The notes below the pieces were generated by a model. That model saw only the letters and a program-made list of their open reading frames with translations. It was not told where the DNA came from and searched no databases. From an uncultured Chloroflexia bacterium (lineage in GTDB: Bacteria; Chloroflexota; Anaerolineae; Anaerolineales; Anaerolineaceae), in contig OY969938.1 in the NCBI GenBank assembly GCA_963704755.1, positions 3,750,001 to 3,782,000 of the forward strand: 32,000 bases of DNA, given 5' to 3'. The translations under genes and the position numbers were made by a program. Within the stretch, counting starts at the first letter, position 1. The number at the start of each line of letters is the position of its first letter. Positions 17,129 to 26,905 of this stretch are shown piece after piece.

Positions 17129-17213
17129 GGCCTGCTCGATTGATTTAGGATGGGATAATTGTAACTGGAAATGGGAAAGAAGTCGATCAAGCGATGGGCG
17201 GTGAGCAGGGCAA

Positions 17214-17348
17214 TCGCATTATGCCAATTTAGTCCCAACGGAGAGATAATTTTGAGTGTTATTGTGGGACGTAGCCCCACAATAACACTCAAAAACCCAT
17301 TCTTTGGGGAATTGCCCTCGAAAAGCAGGCAGGCTGCAATCGCCCTGG
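17214..17348 (+). repeat. 135-bp hairpin-bearing repeat, copy B (inverted partner of 8160-8294)
   Basis: Contains TTTTGAGTGTTATTGTGGGAC-GTA-GCCCCACAATAACACTCAAAA (17250-17294). No RAYT gene is attached. The 61-aa track ORF 17171-17356 is just this repeat read through. Confidence 0.8.
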
Positions 17349-17408
17349 GGTGGTGAGATTAAGTCCTGGCGATATTTGACGGGGGTCTCGATTTTATGCC
17401 AATTGGTT

Positions 17409-17426
17409 TTGGACTTTTTGGTCCAA
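17409..17426. promoter_or_regulatory. TTGGAC-N6-GTCCAA operator-like palindrome upstream of tetR
   Basis: TTGGACtttttgGTCCAA, immediately upstream of a TATACT -10-like hexamer and 34 nt before the tetR ATG. Confidence 0.5.
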
Positions 17427-17459
17427 ATCGGGTATACTGCAAACTAAGGTAATGAATAG

Positions 17460-18041
17460 ATGGCCAGGCCACAAGAATTCGAAACAAGCGAAGTGCTGCG
17501 AAACGCCATGCAAATCTTTTGGAGTAAGGGCTATGAAGCCACTTCACTCAATGATATTCTGGATGCCACTGGCCTGAGTAAAAGCAGTTTGTACGCTTCT
17601 TTTGGCGATAAACGGGCGCTGTTTCTGGCAACCTTCAATGCTTACCGGAAAGAACGAATGTTTCATCTCCATCAAATTCTGAATGACGGCCGGCCAGCTC
17701 GTTTGTCCATCGAAAACTTTTTCCGCCAGGCCCTGGCTCGTTCATTGGATGAGACCTGTGCGAAAGGTTGTATGACGGCTAATGAGGCGGTAGAGCTTGC
17801 TCCTCACGATAATGAAATTCAGCAGATCGTGGCCGAAGATTTTAAAGCCATTGAGGATGCGTTCGCTCAAACGATTGAGCGCGGTCAGTCCGAGGGTTCC
17901 ATTGCCAGCCGGGAGGCGTCCCAAACACTGGCACGCTTTCTCGTCGTCGGGTTGCAAGGACTCGAAGTGATGGCACGTGCTAAAACGGACTATACCCAAC
18001 TCGACGATACCGTGACGGTTATGATGACCGTGTTGGATTGA
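17460..18041 (+). CDS. TetR/AcrR-family transcriptional regulator
   Basis: 193-aa ORF with an N-terminal HTH (FWSKGYEATSLNDILDATGLSKSSLYASFGDK) and a helical C-terminal ligand domain. Confidence 0.93.
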   Translation: MARPQEFETSEVLRNAMQIFWSKGYEATSLNDILDATGLSKSSLYASFGDKRALFLATFNAYRKERMFHLHQILNDGRPARLSIENFFRQALARSLDETCAKGCMTANEAVELAPHDNEIQQIVAEDFKAIEDAFAQTIERGQSEGSIASREASQTLARFLVVGLQGLEVMARAKTDYTQLDDTVTVMMTVLD

Positions 18042-18065
18042 CCGTCCTCTTTTTTTAAGGTAATT

Positions 18066-18083
18066 TTGGACTGCATGGTCCAA
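18066..18083. promoter_or_regulatory. second TTGGAC-N6-GTCCAA palindrome between tetR and the oxidoreductase gene
   Basis: TTGGACtgcatgGTCCAA, with the same half-sites and spacing as 17409-17426. Confidence 0.5.
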
Positions 18084-18176
18084 TACAAGACATCCAGAAA
18101 TAGGATGACGTCCATCGCAAACTGAATTTTAGTTTACTGGGTGGATCACATTTTGAACTTCAAATGAGGAAAAAAC

Positions 18177-18593
18177 ATGAATAATCCGAACAATTGGAAC
18201 CAGGCAATCATTGAAGAATTTCGAGCCAACTCCGGAAAAGTTGGCGGAGGATTCGCCGGGAGAACCCTGCTTCTCCTGCATACGATTGGAGCCAAGAGTG
18301 GCCAGGAACGCATCAATCCGGTCGCCTATGTTGCCGATGGTGATCGTCTCGTGATCATTGCATCCAAAGGTGGGGCGCCGACCAATCCCAGTTGGTACTA
18401 CAACCTGCTCGCGCATCCGCTTGTTACTGTCGAAGTCGGGGAAGAACGATTTAACGTTCAGGCAGCGGTCACGTCCGAACCCGAACGGAGTCGGTTGTAT
18501 AGCAAAATGGTTGAGATGATGCCAGGCTTTGCGGAGTACGAGCAGAAAACCAGCCGGATTATCCCGGTGATCATTTTAACGCGCGTTCCTTAA
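18177..18593 (+). CDS. deazaflavin (F420)-dependent nitroreductase-family oxidoreductase (DUF385)
   Basis: 138-aa ORF with the pattern WN..IIEEFRAN.GKVGG.F.G..LLLLHT.GAKSG..R.NPV and the hallmark NPSWYYNLLAHP. Confidence 0.88.
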   Translation: MNNPNNWNQAIIEEFRANSGKVGGGFAGRTLLLLHTIGAKSGQERINPVAYVADGDRLVIIASKGGAPTNPSWYYNLLAHPLVTVEVGEERFNVQAAVTSEPERSRLYSKMVEMMPGFAEYEQKTSRIIPVIILTRVP

Positions 18594-18668
18594 GAAACCG
18601 GTGAGTTTCACTTTGCTGTAGGGGATTAGGCTAAGTAACGTGAATTCGGGTTAAAAAAAGAGAGGCAA

Positions 18669-18725
18669 TTTAAGTGTGTTTTTATTCGTGGCGGCGTAGC
18701 CGCCACGAATAAAAACACACTTAAA
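18669..18725. terminator. 57-nt perfect palindrome (27-bp stem, GTA loop) between convergent genes
   Basis: TTTAAGTGTGTTTTTATTCGTGGCGGC-GTA-GCCGCCACGAATAAAAACACACTTAAA. It shares the GC-rich tip, GTA loop and AT-rich base with the 8214-8258 hairpin. Confidence 0.65.
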
Positions 18726-18792
18726 ACTCTTATCCCAAACTGACGTTAAGTAAGAACCTGCGTTACCAACCTTGTAAAGGTTACATTATATT

Positions 18793-18866
18793 GTTGGGTT
18801 GAGGAAATGCCTGAGTTAACAGGCATTGTTTCCTCCTGATTGCAAAGATACGGTCCTCAACCCAAC
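18793..18866. other. nested/alternative hairpins 3' of sdhB
   Basis: GTTGGGTTGAGGA (18793-18805) pairs with TCCTCAACCCAAC (18854-18866). Alternatively, GAGGAAATGCCTG-agttaa-CAGGCATTgTTTCCTC (18801-18836) forms an inner hairpin. Both structures compete for the same GAGGA. Confidence 0.4.
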
Positions 18867-18910
18867 CTACATCTAAATCACTGAAAAACTAAATCACAGT
18901 AAAACTGTCG

Positions 18911-19621
18911 TTATTCCAACTTTCCCGAATTGATCGCCCGTTTCACCTCGGCGATGGCCTGGGTGATATGAATGTCGCGCGGGCAGGCCTCGGTGCAGTT
19001 GAAGGCGGTGCGGCAGCGCCACACACCGAACTGCTCATTGAGGATCTCCAGGCGCTGAGCGGCCCCGGTATCGCGGCTATCGAAAATAAAGCGGTGGGCA
19101 TTGACGATGGCAGCCGGGCCGACGTACTCCTCATTGGACCAGAAAGATGGGCAGGAGGTGGTACAGGCAGCGCACAGGATGCACTTGGTGGTGTCATCGA
19201 AACGCTCTCGTTGGGCTTGCGACTGGATGCGCTCTTTTCCGTCCGCCGGCAAAGGCTCGTCGCTGATAAAGTAAGGCAGCACCGACTTATAATGATTGAA
19301 GAAGGGCTCCATGTCCACGATCAGGTCCCGCTTGACCTTGAGGCCCAGCAGGGGCTCGATGGTGATCTCGTTGGTACCCAGGTCGCGCACCAAAATCTTG
19401 CAGGCCAGGCGGTTGCGGCCGTTGATGCGCATGGCATCCGATCCGCACACGCCGTGGGCGCACGAGCGCCGGAAGGCCAGGGTGGTGTCCTGATCCCCGC
19501 GGATCATTTCGAGGATGTCCAGCACCCGATCGGTCGGGTCTGCCTCCACGCTGAAGATGTCGTAGCGTGGGCGCTGGTCAGTTTCGGGATTGAAACGAAA
19601 TACCTTTACACGGATATCCAT
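18911..19621 (-). CDS. sdhB: succinate dehydrogenase/fumarate reductase iron-sulfur subunit
   Basis: 236 aa with 2Fe-2S Cys motifs (CAHGVCGSDAMRINGRNRLAC), a 4Fe-4S motif (CILCAACTTSCP) and a 3Fe-4S motif (CTEACP). Confidence 0.95.
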   Translation of the reverse strand: MDIRVKVFRFNPETDQRPRYDIFSVEADPTDRVLDILEMIRGDQDTTLAFRRSCAHGVCGSDAMRINGRNRLACKILVRDLGTNEITIEPLLGLKVKRDLIVDMEPFFNHYKSVLPYFISDEPLPADGKERIQSQAQRERFDDTTKCILCAACTTSCPSFWSNEEYVGPAAIVNAHRFIFDSRDTGAAQRLEILNEQFGVWRCRTAFNCTEACPRDIHITQAIAEVKRAINSGKLE

Positions 19622-19634
19622 GTCTGCCTCCTCG

Positions 19635-21434
<1,800 letters not shown>

Positions 21435-21453
21435 GATGCGGATCTCCCTGAGA

Positions 21454-21852
21454 TTATTTGAGCGGCATAGGTTGGTTGACTCCGGCGATCAGGGCAATGG
21501 CGCCGATCCCAAATATGATCAACCAGAAGGCAAACAAGGCCCAATTGAGGATCTTCCGGCCGGTATCGCCGTGAATGAAATCGTTCAATACCTGGCGCAG
21601 TCCTAAAACGCCGTGGGCAAAGGTAAAGCCCAGCAGCAGGGAATCATACGTGCGCCAAAAAACACTGGCCCACCTTTCGGCCACATAGCCCAGGTCCATG
21701 TTGTGGACACCCACCACCACATCCTGGATCAGGACGTGGCCCCACACCAGCGGGATGAGCAGCAGGGCGGAATAGCGTATGAATATATAGGCAAATCCTT
21801 CGAAATTGCCCTTCACCTTGACTTTGCGAATCGTTTGGGTTGTGGTTGCCAT
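21454..21852 (-). CDS. sdhD: succinate dehydrogenase hydrophobic membrane anchor subunit
   Basis: 132-aa, 3-TM protein between sdhC and sdhA. Assignment is by position and size. Confidence 0.7.
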   Translation of the reverse strand: MATTTQTIRKVKVKGNFEGFAYIFIRYSALLLIPLVWGHVLIQDVVVGVHNMDLGYVAERWASVFWRTYDSLLLGFTFAHGVLGLRQVLNDFIHGDTGRKILNWALFAFWLIIFGIGAIALIAGVNQPMPLK

Positions 21853-21861
21853 GGTCGCCTC

Positions 21862-22287
21862 CTAACCCCCGAATAAACCGAAGTTGTTGATAAGCAAGCT
21901 GCGCAGCATCCAGGCCGCAGCCGGCAGCCAGATCACAATCGAGGCCACCAGGGCAACCATAGTGGATTTGCGCTGGCTGTCCGGCACCCACAGGTTGGGC
22001 TTGAAGATATCGAAATAAGCCACGCGTAAGCCGTTCAACCCGTGATAAATCACGCAGTACACCAGGATGATTTCGCCGATGCCAAATAAGGTGGTCTGGT
22101 ACACCTTGACGGCGCTCATGAACAGGCTGGGATCGAAATAGACGAACGCAATATCCAGGATATGAATGGTCAGGAATAATATGGTTCCCAGGCCGGTGAT
22201 GCGATGGAGCAGGAAAGACCAGTGACCCTCCCGGCCGCGATAAGTCGCGTAGCCAGTCAGGGTCGTCTTGAGTGTTGACATGTTCAC
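21862..22287 (-). CDS. sdhC: succinate dehydrogenase cytochrome b subunit
   Basis: 141 aa, 3 TM, with the SdhC-type WSFLLHRITGLG motif. First gene of the sdhCDAB operon. Confidence 0.8.
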   Translation of the reverse strand: MNMSTLKTTLTGYATYRGREGHWSFLLHRITGLGTILFLTIHILDIAFVYFDPSLFMSAVKVYQTTLFGIGEIILVYCVIYHGLNGLRVAYFDIFKPNLWVPDSQRKSTMVALVASIVIWLPAAAWMLRSLLINNFGLFGG

Positions 22288-22340
22288 CTCCGTAAGACCA
22301 AAGATTCGCGTTTTTTAGATGGATGAAATTTTTTCGATGA

Positions 22341-22355
22341 ACTTGCCGGGCAAGT
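22341..22355. promoter_or_regulatory. palindrome ACTTGCC-g-GGCAAGT in the sdh leader/promoter region
   Basis: 7-bp arms, 54 nt upstream of the sdhC start. A TATACT-like hexamer (rc of about 22400-22410) lies further upstream. Confidence 0.3.
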
Positions 22356-22475
22356 CACAAAAAATGGGACAGAACAAATAATAAACTTATTTTATGCTTA
22401 AGTATAGTAAAACGATAGAATTTTTCCAGTAAGTTAAGGATGATATTTGGATTAACCCGTTGCGGGGGAGGAATG

Positions 22476-22520
22476 AACCACGGAGGCACGGAGAAAAGAA
22501 AGAGAAGAAGAGAAAAAATA
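22476..22520 (+). repeat. island-boundary motif, copy 1 (AACCACGGAGGCACGGAG + purine tract)
   Basis: AACCACGGAGGCACGGAGAAAAGAAAGAGAAGAAGAG... matches the reverse complement of 26906-26948, except for one missing AGCACGGAG unit. Confidence 0.75.
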
Positions 22521-22535
22521 TAGAAAGAGCATTGT

Positions 22536-22625
22536 CGTAGGGTGCGTTTGAGGGCTGACTTCCCCGGCGCCGGCGGATCACCAGGCCATTTGTCCGCACT
22601 GGCGTGCCCGGAACGCACCCTTACG
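22536..22625. repeat. GC-rich REP-like inverted repeat embedded in AT-rich DNA
   Basis: CGTAGGGTGCGTT (22536-22548) pairs with AACGCACCCTTACG (22612-22625) around a GC-rich spacer of about 60 nt. It starts with GTAGGG, like the REP at 7428. Confidence 0.55.
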
Positions 22626-22644
22626 GCACAGACTTTATAAATAA

Positions 22645-22681
22645 AACCACGGAGGCACGGAGAGCACGGAGGAGAAAAAAG
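22645..22681 (+). repeat. island-boundary motif, copy 2
   Basis: AACCACGGAGGCACGGAGAGCACGGAGGAGAAAAAAG. The first 27 nt are identical to the reverse complement of 26922-26948. Confidence 0.75.
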
Positions 22682-22730
22682 ATTTTAAGGAGTTTAGGAC
22701 GAAAAAAAAAGTTTGGTTGAAAGCGGATCA

Positions 22731-23261
22731 CTACGACCTCATCTTATTTGACCAAACTTTCAACTGCCTTTTTTCCCGCTTTACTAAAACAGCTCTCCAA
22801 ACCAGATCAAAGGCTAAAATCGCCATTTCGAAATTAAACCGTAGACGTGGATCGTTCTTTTCTTCGTCTGTACAGTAATCCGGTCCCAACCACGGCAGCT
22901 GCATACATAAGTCATGGATCTTTTGATTCTTGAAGTCTATCCCTTTCCACTTATGGCCAAACTCATTCCTGATTTTACGGACAATATTTATTTCCCGGTA
23001 TTCGTTTTCCTGGATCAGTCCTAAACTATAGGCGGCGGACAACCGTGAGGAGAATGTACCCAGCGGTGCATTCATCCCTTCCAACAATTCTTTTGAAGTC
23101 GGGACATCGGCAAAAAAGGCAAATAAAACATCATGCAACTGCTCATCTAAAAGCGATGCAGCGACTAAAGCCGCCCCTCGGTCGCTCTCATTATTAAACT
23201 CATTGAGGAAATTACTCAATTCCTTATATTCTGGGATCAGCTCAGGCTGCTTTTCTTCCAT
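22731..23261 (-). CDS. HEPN-domain protein, MtlR/DUF4145-like
   Basis: 176 aa. The N-terminal ESDRGAALVAASLLDEQLHDVL is an MtlR-like helix. RKIRNEFGH contains RNEFGH, an Rx4H HEPN motif. Confidence 0.65.
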   Translation of the reverse strand: MEEKQPELIPEYKELSNFLNEFNNESDRGAALVAASLLDEQLHDVLFAFFADVPTSKELLEGMNAPLGTFSSRLSAAYSLGLIQENEYREINIVRKIRNEFGHKWKGIDFKNQKIHDLCMQLPWLGPDYCTDEEKNDPRLRFNFEMAILAFDLVWRAVLVKREKRQLKVWSNKMRS

Positions 23262-23372
23262 TTGTCACCACCCGTTTTGGATGACTCTATTGTACTCAGA
23301 ATTAAAAACAGACTACAATTTATAGAACCAAACTGATTTTTTCCGTTTTTTAAACTAAAGCTTGGAGGAACT

Positions 23373-24215
23373 GTGGACTTCATTGAAGTTTCAAGAGATG
23401 GCACTATATCCATTGATGATTCAGACCACGAAATATTACCAATCCTTGAGGCGTTCGGAACCTTGATTGAGAAAAATGGCTTTGACCACTTAAGCATTGC
23501 TTGTGGTGTTAGTCCTAGTCCTGATTTTGGATACTTTGAGCTGGCTGACCGTTTTTGGCGTGCTTCTCTTTGTATTTATGCGCTTGGAGCAACCAAATGT
23601 TTTTGGGAAAGTGGTGCAGGTTATTCCGAGCCATGGTTGTTCAATGCCCGTCATGCGGTGGAGTTATACATTAAAGGCTTTTTGGTAAATACAATTTGGC
23701 TGGAAGAACTACAAAGCAGTGCTCATTTAACAATCCGCAAAGTGGAGTTTTCTAATCTCAAGAAGGAGTTCGGAAAACCTCATAAATTAATTGAGATTTA
23801 CGACCTTTATACTACTCGTCTTTCACAGGTTCTTAGCAATTGGAACCTCGATGCTATGCCAGAAGTGCCAGATATGAATAGTCTGATTTTAGGAACAGAC
23901 GAAAAGGAAATGTTGGAGGAGCTTGATAAATCAGACGAGACCAGTTTTCGGTTTCGGTATCCCAGTCTCAAGCAAGGTAATACCGAGGCACTTCAACAGA
24001 TCGATTGGCATCACGACTCAACCAAAATACTTCCAAAGACAGGATTGCCTTCAGAGGCAGGTTATTTCTTCAACCATATTTCAGTGATTAACAACCTCTA
24101 CAAGATGGTTAGTGAACTAAAAAAAATAAAAGAGTACTTTGAGGGAATAACCCTTTATCAGGATGTTATGAACGACTACTGGAACGAGTCGTTAGGTGAT
24201 TTATACGGTTTGTAA
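23373..24215 (+). CDS. hypothetical protein with a classic HEPN-like helical pattern
   Basis: 280 aa, GTG start after GGAGG. NARHAVELYIKGFL ... FGKPHKLIEIYDLY ... SFRFRYPS resembles the QAvEkaLKa / tHdL..L / RYP pattern of PF05168-type HEPN domains. No clean Rx4-6H was seen. Confidence 0.5.
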   Translation: MDFIEVSRDGTISIDDSDHEILPILEAFGTLIEKNGFDHLSIACGVSPSPDFGYFELADRFWRASLCIYALGATKCFWESGAGYSEPWLFNARHAVELYIKGFLVNTIWLEELQSSAHLTIRKVEFSNLKKEFGKPHKLIEIYDLYTTRLSQVLSNWNLDAMPEVPDMNSLILGTDEKEMLEELDKSDETSFRFRYPSLKQGNTEALQQIDWHHDSTKILPKTGLPSEAGYFFNHISVINNLYKMVSELKKIKEYFEGITLYQDVMNDYWNESLGDLYGL

Positions 24216-24274
24216 ACATAATGCGTCTTAAATTTCATTTCGGCAATTTTCTGTTTTCTAAAAAGGAAGTAACC

Positions 24275-24856
24275 ATGGAAAGGCCTGCCCAGACTGATTT
24301 CAATGCCTTTATGCAAAATGCAGTAGAAACATTGCGTAAGAATATGGACGCATATCCGGCTTTTGATCCTTTAAGACCTTATGAAGAGAAAAATCAATAT
24401 TTTTTGGAATTAGCCAGCATGGGTGAGACGATTTTAAAACGGACGAGGAATTATCCTGCTGGGGAGATATTTTTCAGCGTGCTAAAGAAAGAAATTTTGG
24501 ATTACGAGCGAGCAAATAACAAGGTTTTTAATAAAGGAATGGTCTACGCCGATCTAGGAATTGCCCTGATAGCAAATGGGAAACTAGATGCTGGTGTAGC
24601 TCACCTATTAGCTGCTGATGAAGAAGATCGCCCATTTGTTCACGATGCACATGGCATTTTAAATTCACCCCTTTGGCGACAGTTTGAGAGACCTGTCATT
24701 TTTGATTATCTTACTGGTTTCAATACCGATCCGAATGCAGGTTTAAATTTTCAAGTAGATGAAGCATTTTTAGAGAAATTCTTAACCATTTGGACTTGCA
24801 GGACGGCCTATTCCTCGAAGCAACCATTTGGGCTTTACGTGACAATATGGCTTTAA
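24275..24856 (+). CDS. hypothetical protein (N-terminal part of a possibly frameshifted ~340-aa protein)
   Basis: ATG at 24275 after AGGAAG; the track ORF starts at 24221. There is a TPR-like stretch GMVYADLGIALIANGKLDAGVAHLLAA. The last ~23 aa (TIWTCRTAYSSKQPFGLYVTIWL) look out of frame. Confidence 0.6.
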   Translation: MERPAQTDFNAFMQNAVETLRKNMDAYPAFDPLRPYEEKNQYFLELASMGETILKRTRNYPAGEIFFSVLKKEILDYERANNKVFNKGMVYADLGIALIANGKLDAGVAHLLAADEEDRPFVHDAHGILNSPLWRQFERPVIFDYLTGFNTDPNAGLNFQVDEAFLEKFLTIWTCRTAYSSKQPFGLYVTIWL

Positions 24857-25299
24857 ATACGCTGAATCCGAACACATATACCAGAGGAAGGCTTTACTCA
24901 GGAATAAAAGATTTATGCCTTTTAACAGAATCGCTTTTACGAAAGCACCAGATTGCACATGGTTTGGTAAATGCTAATCAACAAATCATGCTAGCAAACT
25001 TACTCATATCAGCTTTGAGAAATGCAAATATAAACTATCCCCAACAGAACTTAGCAACAGGAGCCAATAACCTCCAAGAATTTGTAAACGGTCTAGAAGA
25101 CAATTTGAATAACGCCATTAGCCCCGAAATCCGAAGAATTTATTGTTTACGCTTAATCCGGAACTTTACAGGACACCACTTTGATTTGACTGATACTGTT
25201 GTTTCGCCTTCTGGAAGAACATTTTTTGATATGTATCAATCATCATTAGTGAACGTACTTTCAGCCATTCTATATCTTTATCACATTGGCGAAATATAG
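24790..25299 (+). CDS. HEPN-motif protein (RNFTGH); either the C-terminal part of the previous ORF or a separate gene starting at ATG 24848
   Basis: CLRLIRNFTGHH contains RNFTGH, an Rx4H motif. This frame is open from 24763 and reads ...NHLDLQDGLFLEATIWALRDN, which continues naturally from ...EAFLEKFL of the upstream ORF. Confidence 0.6.
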   Translation: MDLQDGLFLEATIWALRDNMALNTLNPNTYTRGRLYSGIKDLCLLTESLLRKHQIAHGLVNANQQIMLANLLISALRNANINYPQQNLATGANNLQEFVNGLEDNLNNAISPEIRRIYCLRLIRNFTGHHFDLTDTVVSPSGRTFFDMYQSSLVNVLSAILYLYHIGEI

Positions 25300-25313
25300 A
25301 GAACCATTTCAAA

Positions 25314-26216
25314 TTACGGCTGACGCCAAAAACGTACATTACTTCTAAAACCGATTTCATCAAAAACCCGTTCTAATAACCCTTCGACCTCCTGCATATC
25401 CCAGCCGTAGTATTTCCCGATGGTCCAGAAAATCCTAGCAAAAGTTGGTATTGCCAGGTTTATTCCAAAGAGCATCATTTCCGGGTGGAGATGTTTTTCC
25501 ACTGCTTTTATTTTCTGACCATTGACATCGGTTGTCTCGACAAGCTTAAAACCAACTTGCCTTGTTGCCCAAAGGTAACTGTGAGCGACGCTCGATAACA
25601 ACCGATATTCTGACTCCATGTTTAAAACTATTTTTACAAGCCCGACTGTTTCTGGCATGTGGGTGGCGATCCCGGTTAACTTTCCGTTCTTGGATAACTG
25701 TGGATAACCCAGGGCAATAGCTTTGTTTTCGACTACGGCCATTCTTTTATTCATCTTATCTATTTCGATCTTGGCGGCAGGCTCATTGACTCTATCCGCT
25801 TCAAAAAACTTGATCTGTTCTTTAAATTCTTTATAGCGAAACCCAAAACACCTTCCTACTCGTTCCCTTGCATCAATATTTAAGTCCAGAAGCCACAGTA
25901 CGAGCGCCGATGATTCTAAGAGACTGCGGAGGCAGGTATAGGGTGACAATGTTTTAGCCGGCTCCTGAAGAGTACAACTAAAGGCCATAAGGTGGTCAGC
26001 TGCGTTTTCAAAGCAAAGGGATGCTCGTGCATACACATCTATGACCAATTCTCTATCTGCAAAGCTATTCATCTCTTTAAATGCTATCGAGTTGGCGACT
26101 GGTTGATTTTCGTATTTGTTGATTATTTCTGCTGACCCATCGATAAATCTGTTCATGGCCGCAATCATTTTTACGAGAACTTCGGCTGGTGACATTGAAG
26201 GTTGGGAATTAGGCAT
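25314..26216 (-). CDS. hypothetical helical protein (300 aa) with a possible Rx6H motif
   Basis: Clean ORF, convergent with the previous gene (14-nt gap). EYRLLSSVAHSYLW contains R-x6-H. I recognise no family. Confidence 0.55.
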   Translation of the reverse strand: MPNSQPSMSPAEVLVKMIAAMNRFIDGSAEIINKYENQPVANSIAFKEMNSFADRELVIDVYARASLCFENAADHLMAFSCTLQEPAKTLSPYTCLRSLLESSALVLWLLDLNIDARERVGRCFGFRYKEFKEQIKFFEADRVNEPAAKIEIDKMNKRMAVVENKAIALGYPQLSKNGKLTGIATHMPETVGLVKIVLNMESEYRLLSSVAHSYLWATRQVGFKLVETTDVNGQKIKAVEKHLHPEMMLFGINLAIPTFARIFWTIGKYYGWDMQEVEGLLERVFDEIGFRSNVRFWRQP

Positions 26217-26333
26217 ATTGGAAACCCTCCGGATATGTAAAAAAAATTATATCCCCAATAACTGTTGAGGCAGGCATTGAAGGTATCAAAAATTACAATA
26301 TGCTATACTCTTTTAGTTTTTAAAAACATATAT

Positions 26334-26771
26334 ATGGGTGAAAGACTAAGAACATATATAAGAGAAGGGCAACCACCAGAAATACCAGGTGGAGTTCTGA
26401 TTACCAATCCCAAAGATCAAAGCAAAGTACAACCTGTTATTACTGAATACGCTGAAGGGGCTAAGGATTGGGAATACTCGGAACAAGTGAAGTTTTTAAA
26501 TCGTTGGGCTGGAATTTTCAAAGAACGACTATTAGACCCAGTAGCAGTACCAGGCAAGCCGGCTCTTCCTGATCCTGTTATTGGCTTTGAGAAGATGAGG
26601 GTTGAAACCTTGGCAGCCTATACCCTCAATCGAAACAACCACGGGCTTCTTTACGAGATCAACTTTAACACCGTTCACATGTTGGACGATCGCTGCTGGC
26701 GGCATATAATCTTGGACGTTGGGTTTCTTGTTGGTTTCGTTGTTGGCGGTCATGGATTGCCTCTGTATTAA
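26334..26771 (+). CDS. hypothetical protein; the N-terminus resembles the pre-HExxH part of SprT-like zincins and is probably truncated
   Basis: FLNRWAGIFKERLL....LPDPVIGFEKMRVETLAAYTL.....GLLYEINFN resembles the SprT-like N-terminal pattern. No HExxH follows, and the tail LDVGFLVGFVVGGHGLPLY looks like read-through into unrelated DNA. Confidence 0.35.
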   Translation: MGERLRTYIREGQPPEIPGGVLITNPKDQSKVQPVITEYAEGAKDWEYSEQVKFLNRWAGIFKERLLDPVAVPGKPALPDPVIGFEKMRVETLAAYTLNRNNHGLLYEINFNTVHMLDDRCWRHIILDVGFLVGFVVGGHGLPLY

Positions 26772-26905
26772 GAACTCCTTGATTGTTTCGCCGTTCCATT
26801 TACACAAAGCATCTTACACCCTCGTTGAAAACGGATCGGCCCGGTCTCTCCCTCCATTCTGTCGGCTGAGGCCGCTTTATGTCATTGTTCTTTTTAACCG
26901 TAATT

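Noticed and set aside
17171-17356. 61-aa ORF 17171-17356, and the small ORFs 22355-22618 and 22387-22599 (-)
   Set aside because: The first is the 135-bp repeat read through. It mirrors the palindrome-derived head of the RAYT track ORF. The others run through the boundary motif and REP-like element in promoter/spacer DNA and have no RBS.
24779-24790. Programmed -1 ribosomal frameshift joining the two ORFs of the third island gene
   Set aside because: There is no X-XXY-YYZ slippery heptamer (the sequence is AAATTCTTAACC) and no obvious downstream stimulatory structure. A 1-nt indel or two coupled genes are simpler explanations.
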